Origin: Nanobdellota archaeon
GTDB lineage: Archaea > Nanobdellota > Nanobdellia > PEZQ01
Assembly (NCBI GenBank): GCA_018220985.1
Contig: JAAOXS010000003.1
Span: 8,367 to 72,366 of the forward strand
DNA length: 64,000 nt
Direction of reading: 5' to 3'
Shown one piece after another: positions 28,516 through 37,278 of the stretch. The position numbers and the translations under genes are program-made. The notes under the pieces are model-generated. The model was not told where the DNA came from. It did not search any database and saw nothing but the letters and a program-made list of their open reading frames with translations. Position 1 is the stretch's first letter. Every line of letters starts with the position of its first letter.

Positions 28516-29330
28516 TTGTCTAACCTCGTTATGTTTTGAACTCTTTTGTGCAGTGATGGGTGCGTTGAGAAGAGTTCTGTTATGTTATTTGCCGCGAATG
28601 GGTTAGTTATGTACATGTGGCTTGCACCTTCCATTCCTTTTCTTAGTCTTGGTCCTTGGCTGATTGTTTCAAGAGCGCTTATCATAGATTTGGGCGTTGA
28701 TAGTTTTGCTCCTCCTTCGTCAGCTGAGAATTCTCTTGAGCGTGATATTGCTAAACGAATGATTATTGCTATTATTGGCGTGAATATTAGCATTATTATC
28801 CATGCAATTGTTTTGCTTGTTGAGTTGTTATTATTTCTTCCTGTACCCGTGTAAAACGCGATTCTTGTAAGCAGTGTTATTGTTCCTGCTATTGTTGCTG
28901 ATAGCGTGCTTATTAGCGTGTCATAATTTTTTATGTGTGTTAGTTCGTGTCCTATTACTGCTTTAAGTTCATCATCATTTAGCGTGTTTATTATTAGTGG
29001 TGTTAGCGCGATTGCCGCGTGTTTTGGGTTTCTTCCCGTTGCAAACGCGTTTAGCGTGTTTTGATGTATTATGTATACTTTTGGTTTTGGTATTCCTGCT
29101 TTTTTCGCGATTTCTGAGACCATGTTGTTTATTTTCGTGTTGTGGTTTTGTTTTGCCCCGTGCATTTTTAGTATTATTTTGTCTGAGTAGTAGTACATTC
29201 CAAAGTTAAGTATTCCTGCAAAAATGAATGCTATGATTAATCCTTGCATTCCGCCAAGTAGTTCTCCTATTAGTAGTAGTAGTATTGTTAGTCCTGTTAG
29301 GTATAGTGTTGTTTTTACTGTGTTGTTCAT
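28512..29330 (-). CDS. htpX: Zinc metalloprotease HtpX (M48)
   Basis: NAFATGRNP, VIGHELTHIKNYD (HExxH), SRSREFSAD, FSTHP. Confidence 0.95.
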   Translation of the reverse strand: MNNTVKTTLYLTGLTILLLLIGELLGGMQGLIIAFIFAGILNFGMYYYSDKIILKMHGAKQNHNTKINNMVSEIAKKAGIPKPKVYIIHQNTLNAFATGRNPKHAAIALTPLIINTLNDDELKAVIGHELTHIKNYDTLISTLSATIAGTITLLTRIAFYTGTGRNNNNSTSKTIAWIIMLIFTPIIAIIIRLAISRSREFSADEGGAKLSTPKSMISALETISQGPRLRKGMEGASHMYITNPFAANNITELFSTHPSLHKRVQNITRLDK

Positions 29331-29383
29331 ATTGTTTTTGTAATAGTAATTGATTTATATTCTTTCTGAATTGTTTGTTCTTT

Positions 29384-29548
29384 ATGAAAAAGGTTTTGAA
29401 GGTGTGCGCATTTTGCAATAAGAGTTTTGATTTGAAGTCTAATAAGCATAGGATTGCTCTTGAGTTTAGGGATAAGTCAAGTAATTTGAAGAAGGAGTAT
29501 TTTTGTTGTAAAGCGTGTTTTAGTGATTATGTTAAAAAAAATGTATAA
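29384..29548 (+). CDS. 54-aa TRASH-like metal-binding microprotein (below ORF-track cutoff)
   Basis: MKKVLKVCAFCNKSFDLKSNKHRIALEFRDKSSNLKKEYFCCKACFSDYVKKNV; CxxC...YFCCxxC. Confidence 0.7.
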   Translation: MKKVLKVCAFCNKSFDLKSNKHRIALEFRDKSSNLKKEYFCCKACFSDYVKKNV

Positions 29549-29705
29549 GTTTTTATTCGTCTTTTGTTAGTTATTTTAGTTATGGCTTTTTTTTCAAATA
29601 ATAAAAAAGTAATTCGAAAAGAATTACTGAAAAGGGCTAAAAAAAGTGTTGATAATATTTTTATAAGGAAAATGTGTTTTAATAGTTTAATAGGGTTAAT
29701 GAATT

Positions 29706-30479
29706 ATGGGTAATGGGAGTCTTGAAGAGTATTATAAGTTTATTAAAAGTGCAGAGGATTCTTTAGAAAAGAGTAAGGGCGTTACTAAAGAGAATGTTGT
29801 TAACTTAGAAGATACAAAATTAAGTATTAATTATGATGAGTTAAAAAATGGTGAAGAAGCGATTAGTAGAGTTGTTACATTAAATTTTGATGATAAATCA
29901 AAAATTATTAATAAAAAACAACTAATCACTGCAATTAATTTGATTGTTCTTATTTTAAATAAGTTTTCTAATAATGAAATTAGAACATTATCACGCGCGT
30001 ATGTTGATTCAAGGGGTATGGATCAAAAAAGGAAAGAAGAGTTTGATAGTATCCTTAAAAATCGTAAAAAAAATATTGAAGAGTTTGAAAATATTAAAAA
30101 CAAACATTTGAGATCTGTTAAAGAGTATCATGATTCTTTGCTTAAAGAGTTTAACGAGAAATATAAAACAATAATCAAAATTTATGAACGTGTGGGTGAT
30201 TTAGCGATTAATAATAAAATTAATGCCAATAAAGCAGTTAATATTATTACACATATTACTAGCAAAGATAGAAAAAACTTTGATGATTTAATTAAGATTT
30301 CTCAAGCTAATAATAAAAAAGACGTTGAAAATATCGTTAATTCTAAAAAAAAGAGTTTTGAAAATAAACATAATATGATTTCAACTTATCTTAAAATGTT
30401 TCGTGAAAAATTAAAAAAAATTTATGAAGTTGTTCAAAAAGGTTGTGAGAATGATTTAAGATTAATTACTAAAAATTAA
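29706..30479 (+). CDS. Hypothetical helical/coiled-coil protein
   Basis: 257-aa ORF, K/N/E-rich, no recognised motif. Confidence 0.7.
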   Translation: MGNGSLEEYYKFIKSAEDSLEKSKGVTKENVVNLEDTKLSINYDELKNGEEAISRVVTLNFDDKSKIINKKQLITAINLIVLILNKFSNNEIRTLSRAYVDSRGMDQKRKEEFDSILKNRKKNIEEFENIKNKHLRSVKEYHDSLLKEFNEKYKTIIKIYERVGDLAINNKINANKAVNIITHITSKDRKNFDDLIKISQANNKKDVENIVNSKKKSFENKHNMISTYLKMFREKLKKIYEVVQKGCENDLRLITKN

Positions 30480-30924
30480 TTCGTTTTATGTTGTAATATC
30501 CACCTATATGAGCTGTTTTTTCGTGTTTGTTTGTTATTTGTTTTAGTATTTGTTTTGTTTTATATATTCTTGCTTGAAAAATTATTTCTTCAAATAAGCA
30601 GAATGGTTTGAAAATTAAGTGGTCTAACTTGTTTTTTGAAGGTTTGTTAAAGTATAGTTTTTTTGTTTTTCTAAAAATGCTTGTTCGCGTTTTGCTAAAG
30701 GGGTTTACGCAATAAAGGGGTATTTTCATTTTTTTCGCGTATTTTATTGCTTCAAATATTTCAAATGCTTTCCAAGGTTTTTCTTTGTTTATTTTGTTAT
30801 AATGTTTATAGTATTCTAAATCTGCTTCAACACTTATTGCATTTATTGAGTCTAAGTTTTCTAAAATGTTTGTAAGATTGTTCCAGCTTTCTTTTGAGTC
30901 ATGTTCGGTTCCTACAAGTATCAT
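30469..30924 (-). CDS. Small TraB/PrgY/Tiki-like domain protein
   Basis: ILVGTEH.S.ES, AISVEAD, EIFEAIKYAKKMKIPLYCVN, TAHIGG resemble TraB-family blocks. Confidence 0.5.
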   Translation of the reverse strand: MILVGTEHDSKESWNNLTNILENLDSINAISVEADLEYYKHYNKINKEKPWKAFEIFEAIKYAKKMKIPLYCVNPFSKTRTSIFRKTKKLYFNKPSKNKLDHLIFKPFCLFEEIIFQARIYKTKQILKQITNKHEKTAHIGGYYNIKRINF

Positions 30925-30934
30925 AATAAATAAT

Positions 30935-31747
30935 TTAGTCGTGCATGTCGCTTTCTTCTTTTAGTCCTTCGCGTTCCATGATTGTTTTTGTTATGTCTAT
31001 TTTGGTTATCATTTCTTTTTCGAGTTCTAAGTATGCTTTCCAAGTTCCAACATCATTCCACATCCCTTTATGCGTTGTTGATGTAATTAAGAGTCCTGAT
31101 TTTTGCATTAGTTCGAATGTTTCTGGTAAAAATTGTTCTCCTTTATTGTTGAATGGTGTTTGTTCTATGAATTTGAAGACTTCACTGCTTAGCACGTAGC
31201 ATCCTGTTTGAATTAAGTATTCTTCGTTTTTTTTGTATTCTTCTGCTTGTTCCCATGTTGGTTTTTCTATCATTTTTATTACTTTGCCTTCATCATCTAT
31301 TTTTGCGATTCCTAGTTGTGTCGGGTCTTTCACACCGTACAGTGTTAGTGTTACGTGTGATCTTGTACGGTCGTGCTGTTCTATCGCGTTTAGTAGTGAG
31401 CTTGATGGTTGGAAGAAATTATCTCCATTAACGACTACGAAGTCGTCGCCGTTCGTGAAGTTTTTTGCTTGGTGTATCGCGTTTGGGAGTCCTTTGCTTG
31501 CGCGTTGGAATGCGTATGTTATGTTCACGCCGAATGATGAGCCATCTCTTAAGTAGTCTTGGAGCGCGCCTTTTCTCCAGCCAGTTACTATTAGTATGTT
31601 GGTTATTCCAGCTACTTTCAGTAAGTCTATGCAGTATTCTATTACTGGTTTTCCCGCTATTGGTATTAGTTCTTTTGGGTACGCGTTGGTTATTGGTTTT
31701 AATCTTGATCCTCTACCTGCCGCGACAATGACTCCTTTTCGTATCAT
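30935..31747 (-). CDS. Sugar-phosphate nucleotidyltransferase (RmlA/GalU-like)
   Basis: AAGRGSRLKPIT..YPKELIPIAGKP, VVNGDN, IEKP, WNDVGT. Confidence 0.9.
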   Translation of the reverse strand: MIRKGVIVAAGRGSRLKPITNAYPKELIPIAGKPVIEYCIDLLKVAGITNILIVTGWRKGALQDYLRDGSSFGVNITYAFQRASKGLPNAIHQAKNFTNGDDFVVVNGDNFFQPSSSLLNAIEQHDRTRSHVTLTLYGVKDPTQLGIAKIDDEGKVIKMIEKPTWEQAEEYKKNEEYLIQTGCYVLSSEVFKFIEQTPFNNKGEQFLPETFELMQKSGLLITSTTHKGMWNDVGTWKAYLELEKEMITKIDITKTIMEREGLKEESDMHD

Positions 31748-31794
31748 TTAGTATTACACGAGGTTTTATGTAGTAAAATAGTTTTATATGTTTT

Positions 31795-32598
31795 ATGGAT
31801 GTTAAGCATGTTCGGAGTGTAAAAGATTTGCTTCCTGCTGGTGTTGATTCGCGCAGTCATGATGTGGTTGGGAGTGTTTGCGTTCTTAATTTTAAGGGTT
31901 TTAGTGTTAGGGAGTTACGTGTTATTGGTGAGGCTTTTTTAAGGTTTTATCCTAAGGTTCGTACAGTTGTTAATGTTGTTTCTGATACGCGTGGTGAGTT
32001 TAGGATTAGGAATGTTAAGTGGTTAGCAGGTAAGCGTGATTTTAGTACAGTTCATACTGAGAATGGTTTTCGTTTTAATGTGAAGTTAGATGATGTTTTT
32101 TTTAGTGGTAGGTTGCAGAATGAGCGTTTAAGAGTGTTAAACAAGGTGAAGCAAGGTGAAGTAGTGGTTGATTTGTTTGCGGGTGTTGGCCCATTTATTA
32201 TTCCTATTGCTAAACGTGATGTTGAGTGTTGGGGTGTTGAAAAGAATCCTGTTGCTTTCAAATTATTGGAGGAAAATTGTAAGTTAAACAAGGTTCATGT
32301 GAATTGTGTTAAAGGTGATGCGAACAAGGTTGAGTTGCCGTGTGCTGATCGTTTTGTTATGAATTTGCCGGGTAAGAGTGTTGGTTTTTTGCCTCGCGTG
32401 TTTGAATTGGCGAATCCTGGTGCTGTAGTGCATTTTTATCGTTTCGCTCATGAGCGGGATGGTTTTGATGTTTTGAAGAAAGAGGTTAAGGATGCAAGTA
32501 AGGTTGCGGGTCGTAGGGTTAGATTTTTGAATTTCGTAAAAACAGGGAACACTGGTCCTGGGTGGTATAGAATTTGCGCTGATTTTAAAGTTTATTAA
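31795..32598 (+). CDS. trm5: Trm5-family tRNA m1G37 methyltransferase lacking the N-terminal D1 domain
   Basis: DVVGSV, RGEFRIR, HTENG, VFFSGRLQNER, VDLFAGVGPF, DRFVMNLP. Confidence 0.8.
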   Translation: MDVKHVRSVKDLLPAGVDSRSHDVVGSVCVLNFKGFSVRELRVIGEAFLRFYPKVRTVVNVVSDTRGEFRIRNVKWLAGKRDFSTVHTENGFRFNVKLDDVFFSGRLQNERLRVLNKVKQGEVVVDLFAGVGPFIIPIAKRDVECWGVEKNPVAFKLLEENCKLNKVHVNCVKGDANKVELPCADRFVMNLPGKSVGFLPRVFELANPGAVVHFYRFAHERDGFDVLKKEVKDASKVAGRRVRFLNFVKTGNTGPGWYRICADFKVY

Positions 32599-33176
32599 TT
32601 ATATAAATAAGAATGTCTATTTTTCTTTTCTTTTTCTATTATTTTATTATTTAATTTTTTAATTTTTTCAAATAATTGTGTCAACAATTTTTCAAAATCT
32701 TCCAATGATGGTGATTCTGAAATGGAATGTATTTCTTTTAATTTTTTGTAAAGCTCCAAATTTTTTGAATAATTTTTTTCAATATTTTGCAAATTATTTT
32801 GTGCAAGTTCTTGATCAAATCTTTTCTGTAGCGTTTTTATGTGTTTTGATCGCATTTCTATAATTTTTTTTAGATTAACATCTAATTTTTCAAGTATTTG
32901 ATTAAGGTGTTTTAAATCAATGCCTTTAGATTTTAATTTAGGATAATTATCTATAATTTTATTATAGTAACTGATTTCATCATTTTTAAGAAAACGCGCG
33001 TTTGAATTTGTTAAATAATCTTCAATTATTTTGTCATTAAAATATACTAAATATTTAACGTAATCATTTATTTCAAAATTTTCTTCATTTGATGTTTGCG
33101 CAGGTGTTTGTTCACTATTAGTATTAAAACTATTATTGTAGGCTTTTATTGCGTCTTTAATACCGATTACAGACAT
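32595..33176 (-). CDS. Hypothetical coiled-coil protein
   Basis: 193-aa ORF directly downstream of 33179-34762 (2-nt gap). Confidence 0.7.
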   Translation of the reverse strand: MSVIGIKDAIKAYNNSFNTNSEQTPAQTSNEENFEINDYVKYLVYFNDKIIEDYLTNSNARFLKNDEISYYNKIIDNYPKLKSKGIDLKHLNQILEKLDVNLKKIIEMRSKHIKTLQKRFDQELAQNNLQNIEKNYSKNLELYKKLKEIHSISESPSLEDFEKLLTQLFEKIKKLNNKIIEKEKKNRHSYLYN

Positions 33177-33178
33177 TA

Positions 33179-34762
33179 TTATTCACTCCTCAACCCCTTT
33201 AATAAATCTTCTAATTCATTATTTGGTATTCCACCATCAGTATTTTTTATTTTTTCTAAAATTTTCATAATTTTTTTAGCTTCATCTTCTTCTAATTGTG
33301 TAAAATCTATCTTATCAATTGATATATTTTTTTCACCGAATGAAATTTTTATAGTTTCAATATTTTTACCTTGAGTTGCCGAATTGTTTGTATTTTCTCT
33401 TAACTTATTTATTTCACTACCAATTCTCTTTCCACCACCAAGTAAAACATTTTTAGGCAAGTTATATAAAACTAATTTCGGCATTTTCCTTAAACCTATT
33501 AGAACACCACGCACAGTTCGAATTTCTAAATTTGCTGTTTCTTGAACTCTATCAGTTTTTTTAATTTGTTTTTTAAAACCTTTAATTTTAATTTGTAGTG
33601 GTATATACTTGTATTTCTTACTATTAATCTTATTTAAATTATCAAATATTTTAATTATTGGAACAGTTATTTTAGTAATTGTTTGAACTAATTGAAAGAA
33701 AATATTTTCAATTCCAACAAAATGGTTTAAGTACATATCAACTTGATTACTGCAAGATGAGTAATATTTACAATACCGGTTATACGCGGAAAACGGATCC
33801 CATGAGCTAATAGAATTAAGGAATTTCCTTTTTTCAGTAAAATCTTGAAACATTTTACTTACAAAGTTTTCTTCCTCTGAAAAAAGAACGTTTAACGCAC
33901 GTATTTCTGAATAAATATTTGACATTCCACTTTGAGCAAGATTTCCAGCTTCAGTAACAATTGCAGTTAAATTATGTAACGCATCGATAACTTCTTGTTT
34001 TTCAGTATTATCTTTATTAGATTTTTCCCTATTAACTTTTTCTTGTTTTGATTCAATGGCATCTAAAATATTTTTAAAAACGTCATCAATTGTAAGTTTT
34101 TTTGAAATCAAAAATTCCATTCTTTCATCATTACGTACTTGATGCAGTATGTTATTTAGTTCATGCAAATCCTCAAGTTGCTCTTTTGTAAATTGTTGTG
34201 CACGGTTAAGAATAAAAATTACTTGTTCACGAAAGGGGTTACTATTTTGATTAACTTCTTGAGTTTGTTGTTGATTTATTAGTTCAGATAATTTTTGAGT
34301 AATACTTTGCTCGTCTATTAAACTACCTTTCAGTCCTTCCAATAATTCAGTAATTCTATAAACATGATTCTCTTCTATTGCTTCCAATGAACTTATTAAA
34401 TCCAACAAATCTTCAAGTGGTTTATTAATATCTTCAAATTTAACGTTTTTCGCGTGTTTAATAACATCTTTAAATTTTGATTTTAGTTTCTTAGTATGAT
34501 TTTTCTTAAGACCTAATTTCTTAACATCTTTTTTAATACGTTTTCCAATACTTTTCATTCCTTTGTTTCGACGGTTACGAATCCTAAAACGATTAGTTTG
34601 TCTTTCTTTCCACATATTAAAAGCAACCAATGGATTTAACGTGGGTTTGGTGCGCATCGCAACATCAATTTTTCTCCCAAGTTTTTGAGAAGCTTTCCAA
34701 GTAACAACACCACCCCCAACTAAAACAGGTATTAGTAAAAGAACTAGTTCTATTGCCACCAT
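33179..34762 (-). CDS. Hypothetical membrane-anchored helical/coiled-coil protein
   Basis: N-terminal hydrophobic segment VLLLIPVLVGGGVVTW, basic stretch, then long heptad-like helical region; 527 aa. Confidence 0.75.
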   Translation of the reverse strand: MVAIELVLLLIPVLVGGGVVTWKASQKLGRKIDVAMRTKPTLNPLVAFNMWKERQTNRFRIRNRRNKGMKSIGKRIKKDVKKLGLKKNHTKKLKSKFKDVIKHAKNVKFEDINKPLEDLLDLISSLEAIEENHVYRITELLEGLKGSLIDEQSITQKLSELINQQQTQEVNQNSNPFREQVIFILNRAQQFTKEQLEDLHELNNILHQVRNDERMEFLISKKLTIDDVFKNILDAIESKQEKVNREKSNKDNTEKQEVIDALHNLTAIVTEAGNLAQSGMSNIYSEIRALNVLFSEEENFVSKMFQDFTEKRKFLNSISSWDPFSAYNRYCKYYSSCSNQVDMYLNHFVGIENIFFQLVQTITKITVPIIKIFDNLNKINSKKYKYIPLQIKIKGFKKQIKKTDRVQETANLEIRTVRGVLIGLRKMPKLVLYNLPKNVLLGGGKRIGSEINKLRENTNNSATQGKNIETIKISFGEKNISIDKIDFTQLEEDEAKKIMKILEKIKNTDGGIPNNELEDLLKGLRSE

Positions 34763-34826
34763 AATTATTAAATCGTATTTCCTTTAATAAAAGGGTTTTT
34801 ATTAATTCCGCAATTAATACAAAACT

Positions 34827-35531
34827 ATGTTTTACTTAGTTGGACTGGGTTTGTGCGGTGAACAGGATTTAACACTAAAATCAGTTGAAGCATTAAAAAA
34901 GTGCAGTGAAATTTTTTTAGAAAATTATACCAGCCTAGCACCCGAATTAAACATCAAAAAATTGGAAAAAATAGTTGGGAAAACAGTTAAAAAAATTGGA
35001 CGTGAAAATGTTGAAGTCGGTGAATTAATCACTCTAGCAAAAACCAAGAAAATCGGGTTGATAGTGATTGGCGACCCTTTAGTCGCGACAACTCACGCTG
35101 AACTAATACTTGAGTGTAAAGAAAAAAATGTTGATTTTGAAGTATTTCATAATTCGAGCATTTTAACTGCTGTGTGCGAAACTGGTTTGCAAGCTTACAA
35201 GTTCGGTAAAACATTAAGCATTCCGTTTCATGAAGCTGACAGTTTTCTGAAAACGTTAAGTGATAATCAAAAAATTGGGGCTCACACATTATGCTTGTTA
35301 GATTTGGATTTGGAGAAGAACGAGTTTTTAAGTGTAAAACAAGCGTTAAACAAACTAAAAGGTACGAAAAAAGCAGTTGTGATTTCGCTAGCAGGTTGTA
35401 AAAATCAAGTGATTAAATTCGGTGACGTGAATAAATTGAAAGGTTTGGTTTTTAAACCGCCTTGTTCAATTATTGTTCCTGGAAAACTTCATTTCAAAGA
35501 GGAAGAGTTTTTGGAGGGTTTTAATGTTTGA
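34827..35531 (+). CDS. dph5: Diphthine synthase
   Basis: YLVGLGL, LENYTS, IGDPLVATTH, TGLQAYKFGKT, HTLCLLD, PPCSIIVPGKLHFKE. Confidence 0.95.
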   Translation: MFYLVGLGLCGEQDLTLKSVEALKKCSEIFLENYTSLAPELNIKKLEKIVGKTVKKIGRENVEVGELITLAKTKKIGLIVIGDPLVATTHAELILECKEKNVDFEVFHNSSILTAVCETGLQAYKFGKTLSIPFHEADSFLKTLSDNQKIGAHTLCLLDLDLEKNEFLSVKQALNKLKGTKKAVVISLAGCKNQVIKFGDVNKLKGLVFKPPCSIIVPGKLHFKEEEFLEGFNV

Positions 35532-36372
35532 AGTGTTGCTTGCAATATGTTTTGTTGCTTTAGTTTTAGCAAGCGTTCATGATTTGAAAACAAGAGAGGT
35601 TCCGGATTATTTGTCTTACACGTTCATCTGTGTGGGAATCCTAATTCAAATATATTACGTTTTGAAAAGTTTTGATTTGAATTATGGCTTGTACGTTTTA
35701 CTAAACTTTGTTGGGGCGTCAAGTTTTGGAATGCTTATGTATCGTGCAAAACAGTGGGGTGGCGCTGACACTAAGCTTACAATAGCATTATCACTTTTTT
35801 TGATGAAGCCAAGTAATATTTGGCTGTTCAGTAATTATTTCTTAAATTTCTTATTAGTTGGCGCGTTTTATGGTGTTTCTGGAAGTTTATTTCTCATAAT
35901 CAAAAAAAGGAAAAAGTTTTTTGAAGTAAGTAAAAAAGAGTTCGGAACAAGTAAGTATTATTATTTCGCGAGTTTAACAATCTTAAGCATTGGTATCATT
36001 TTCTTGTTTTTACAAAATTTTTTAAGCGGTTTTTTCATTATAGTTGGAATTTTAGGGTTGCTGTCCATTTTTTTGAAGAACGCTGATAAGTTAATGATTA
36101 AAAGCATTAGTATCAATAAATTAACTGAAGGTGATTGGGTTATTGATAAAATCGTCATTAATGATAAGGTTTTGTTTGACCCTAAAAAAGAAGTTGATGT
36201 TAAATTAAAGCAAATAACTAAAATGAAAAGTGAAGGTGTTAGAACTGTTAAAATAATTGAAGGAATGCCCTTCGTACCCGCGTTTCTTATCGCGTTCGTG
36301 ATTACAATGTTCAAGTCTGATTTTTTCTTAAGCGTTATTACGGGTTTAGTTTTTCCGGCATTTCTTTTTTAA
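35524..36372 (+). CDS. Prepilin/preflagellin peptidase (A24 family)
   Basis: SVHDLKTREVPD and WGGADTK catalytic Asp motifs, LTEGDWV, GMPFVPAFLI. Confidence 0.88.
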   Translation: MFEVLLAICFVALVLASVHDLKTREVPDYLSYTFICVGILIQIYYVLKSFDLNYGLYVLLNFVGASSFGMLMYRAKQWGGADTKLTIALSLFLMKPSNIWLFSNYFLNFLLVGAFYGVSGSLFLIIKKRKKFFEVSKKEFGTSKYYYFASLTILSIGIIFLFLQNFLSGFFIIVGILGLLSIFLKNADKLMIKSISINKLTEGDWVIDKIVINDKVLFDPKKEVDVKLKQITKMKSEGVRTVKIIEGMPFVPAFLIAFVITMFKSDFFLSVITGLVFPAFLF

Positions 36373-36841
36373 TTACTTTAATAATTTCATTCTGGTGTTT
36401 GAGGAATTGTTTTTTAGCTTCTTCTTTTTGCTGTTCAAGTTTTATTGTTATCGCATTAGCAAGGTTTTCATTATTTTTTTCATCTACTTTTTTTGGTTTC
36501 CAGCCCATGAAAACTTCCTCATCGCCTTTTAAGGGTATTAAATGAATTGAAACATGTTTTGACTGCTGATTTTTTACTTGACCTACATTCATTAAAACGT
36601 TATATCCTGCAGGGTTAAGTTGTTCGGATAGAGTGATGCCTAAAAATCGAACTATGCTCCACAAATTAAGAAATTCTTGCGCTGGTATTAATTTCATGTC
36701 TTCATAGTGTTTTTTTGTTGTTATAACAATGTGTCCCTGACTTGCAGGGTTCAGTTCGAAAAAAGCAATGCAAGTGGGGTCTTCATAAATTTTTGAGGTG
36801 GGTATTTCCCCACTGCTTATTTTACAGAATATGCAATCCAT
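36338..36841 (-). CDS. HIT-family protein (degenerate triad)
   Basis: MDCIFCKI..GEIP..KIYED, NPASQGH, HVSIHLIP (HxHxH reduced to HxSxH). Confidence 0.8.
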   Translation of the reverse strand: MDCIFCKISSGEIPTSKIYEDPTCIAFFELNPASQGHIVITTKKHYEDMKLIPAQEFLNLWSIVRFLGITLSEQLNPAGYNVLMNVGQVKNQQSKHVSIHLIPLKGDEEVFMGWKPKKVDEKNNENLANAITIKLEQQKEEAKKQFLKHQNEIIKVIKKEMPEKLNP

Positions 36842-36879
36842 AAGAAAAGTTAAAAAGGGTTTGTTTTTTAAATTTTGTT

Positions 36880-37278
36880 ATGAACTTGAATAGTATTAAC
36901 AAAAACGTGGTGGGTGAGCAGTTGAAAACGATTAGTCAGGCTAGTGCGAGTAAAGCTTTAGAGGATGTTGCTGGAAAGCATTATAAGATGGGTAATGGTT
37001 TTTTAGTTGAAAAAAATTATGCTTTAAGTTATTATTCTTATTTTATGAGTTTGAAGGAATACGCTAAAATAATTGTTAGTAAAAAAATTAAGGTTAGTGT
37101 TAGTTATGATGAGGCTTTGGAATATTTGTCAAAGAATAAGCAATTCGGTTTGAATAAAACTGTTTTAAGTCAAGTCAGTGAAATCGCGCTTAGCGTGTTG
37201 AATAGGAAGAAGCTCGAAAGAAAGGATTGTGTTTTCATTAAAGAGTTTATTATGAAAATGAGGAAACAATTTTCTTAA
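36880..37278 (+). CDS. Hypothetical protein, possibly degenerate HEPN-like helical fold
   Basis: 132-aa ORF; AGKHYKMG..FLVEKNYALSYYSYFMSLKEYAK loosely resembles HEPN first helices. Confidence 0.55.
   Translation: MNLNSINKNVVGEQLKTISQASASKALEDVAGKHYKMGNGFLVEKNYALSYYSYFMSLKEYAKIIVSKKIKVSVSYDEALEYLSKNKQFGLNKTVLSQVSEIALSVLNRKKLERKDCVFIKEFIMKMRKQFS

Noticed and set aside
29582-29713. 43-codon ORF containing hairpin AGTAATTC-GAAAA-GAATTACT
   Set aside because: No motif, overlaps the probable promoter of the next gene; could be chance in AT-rich DNA
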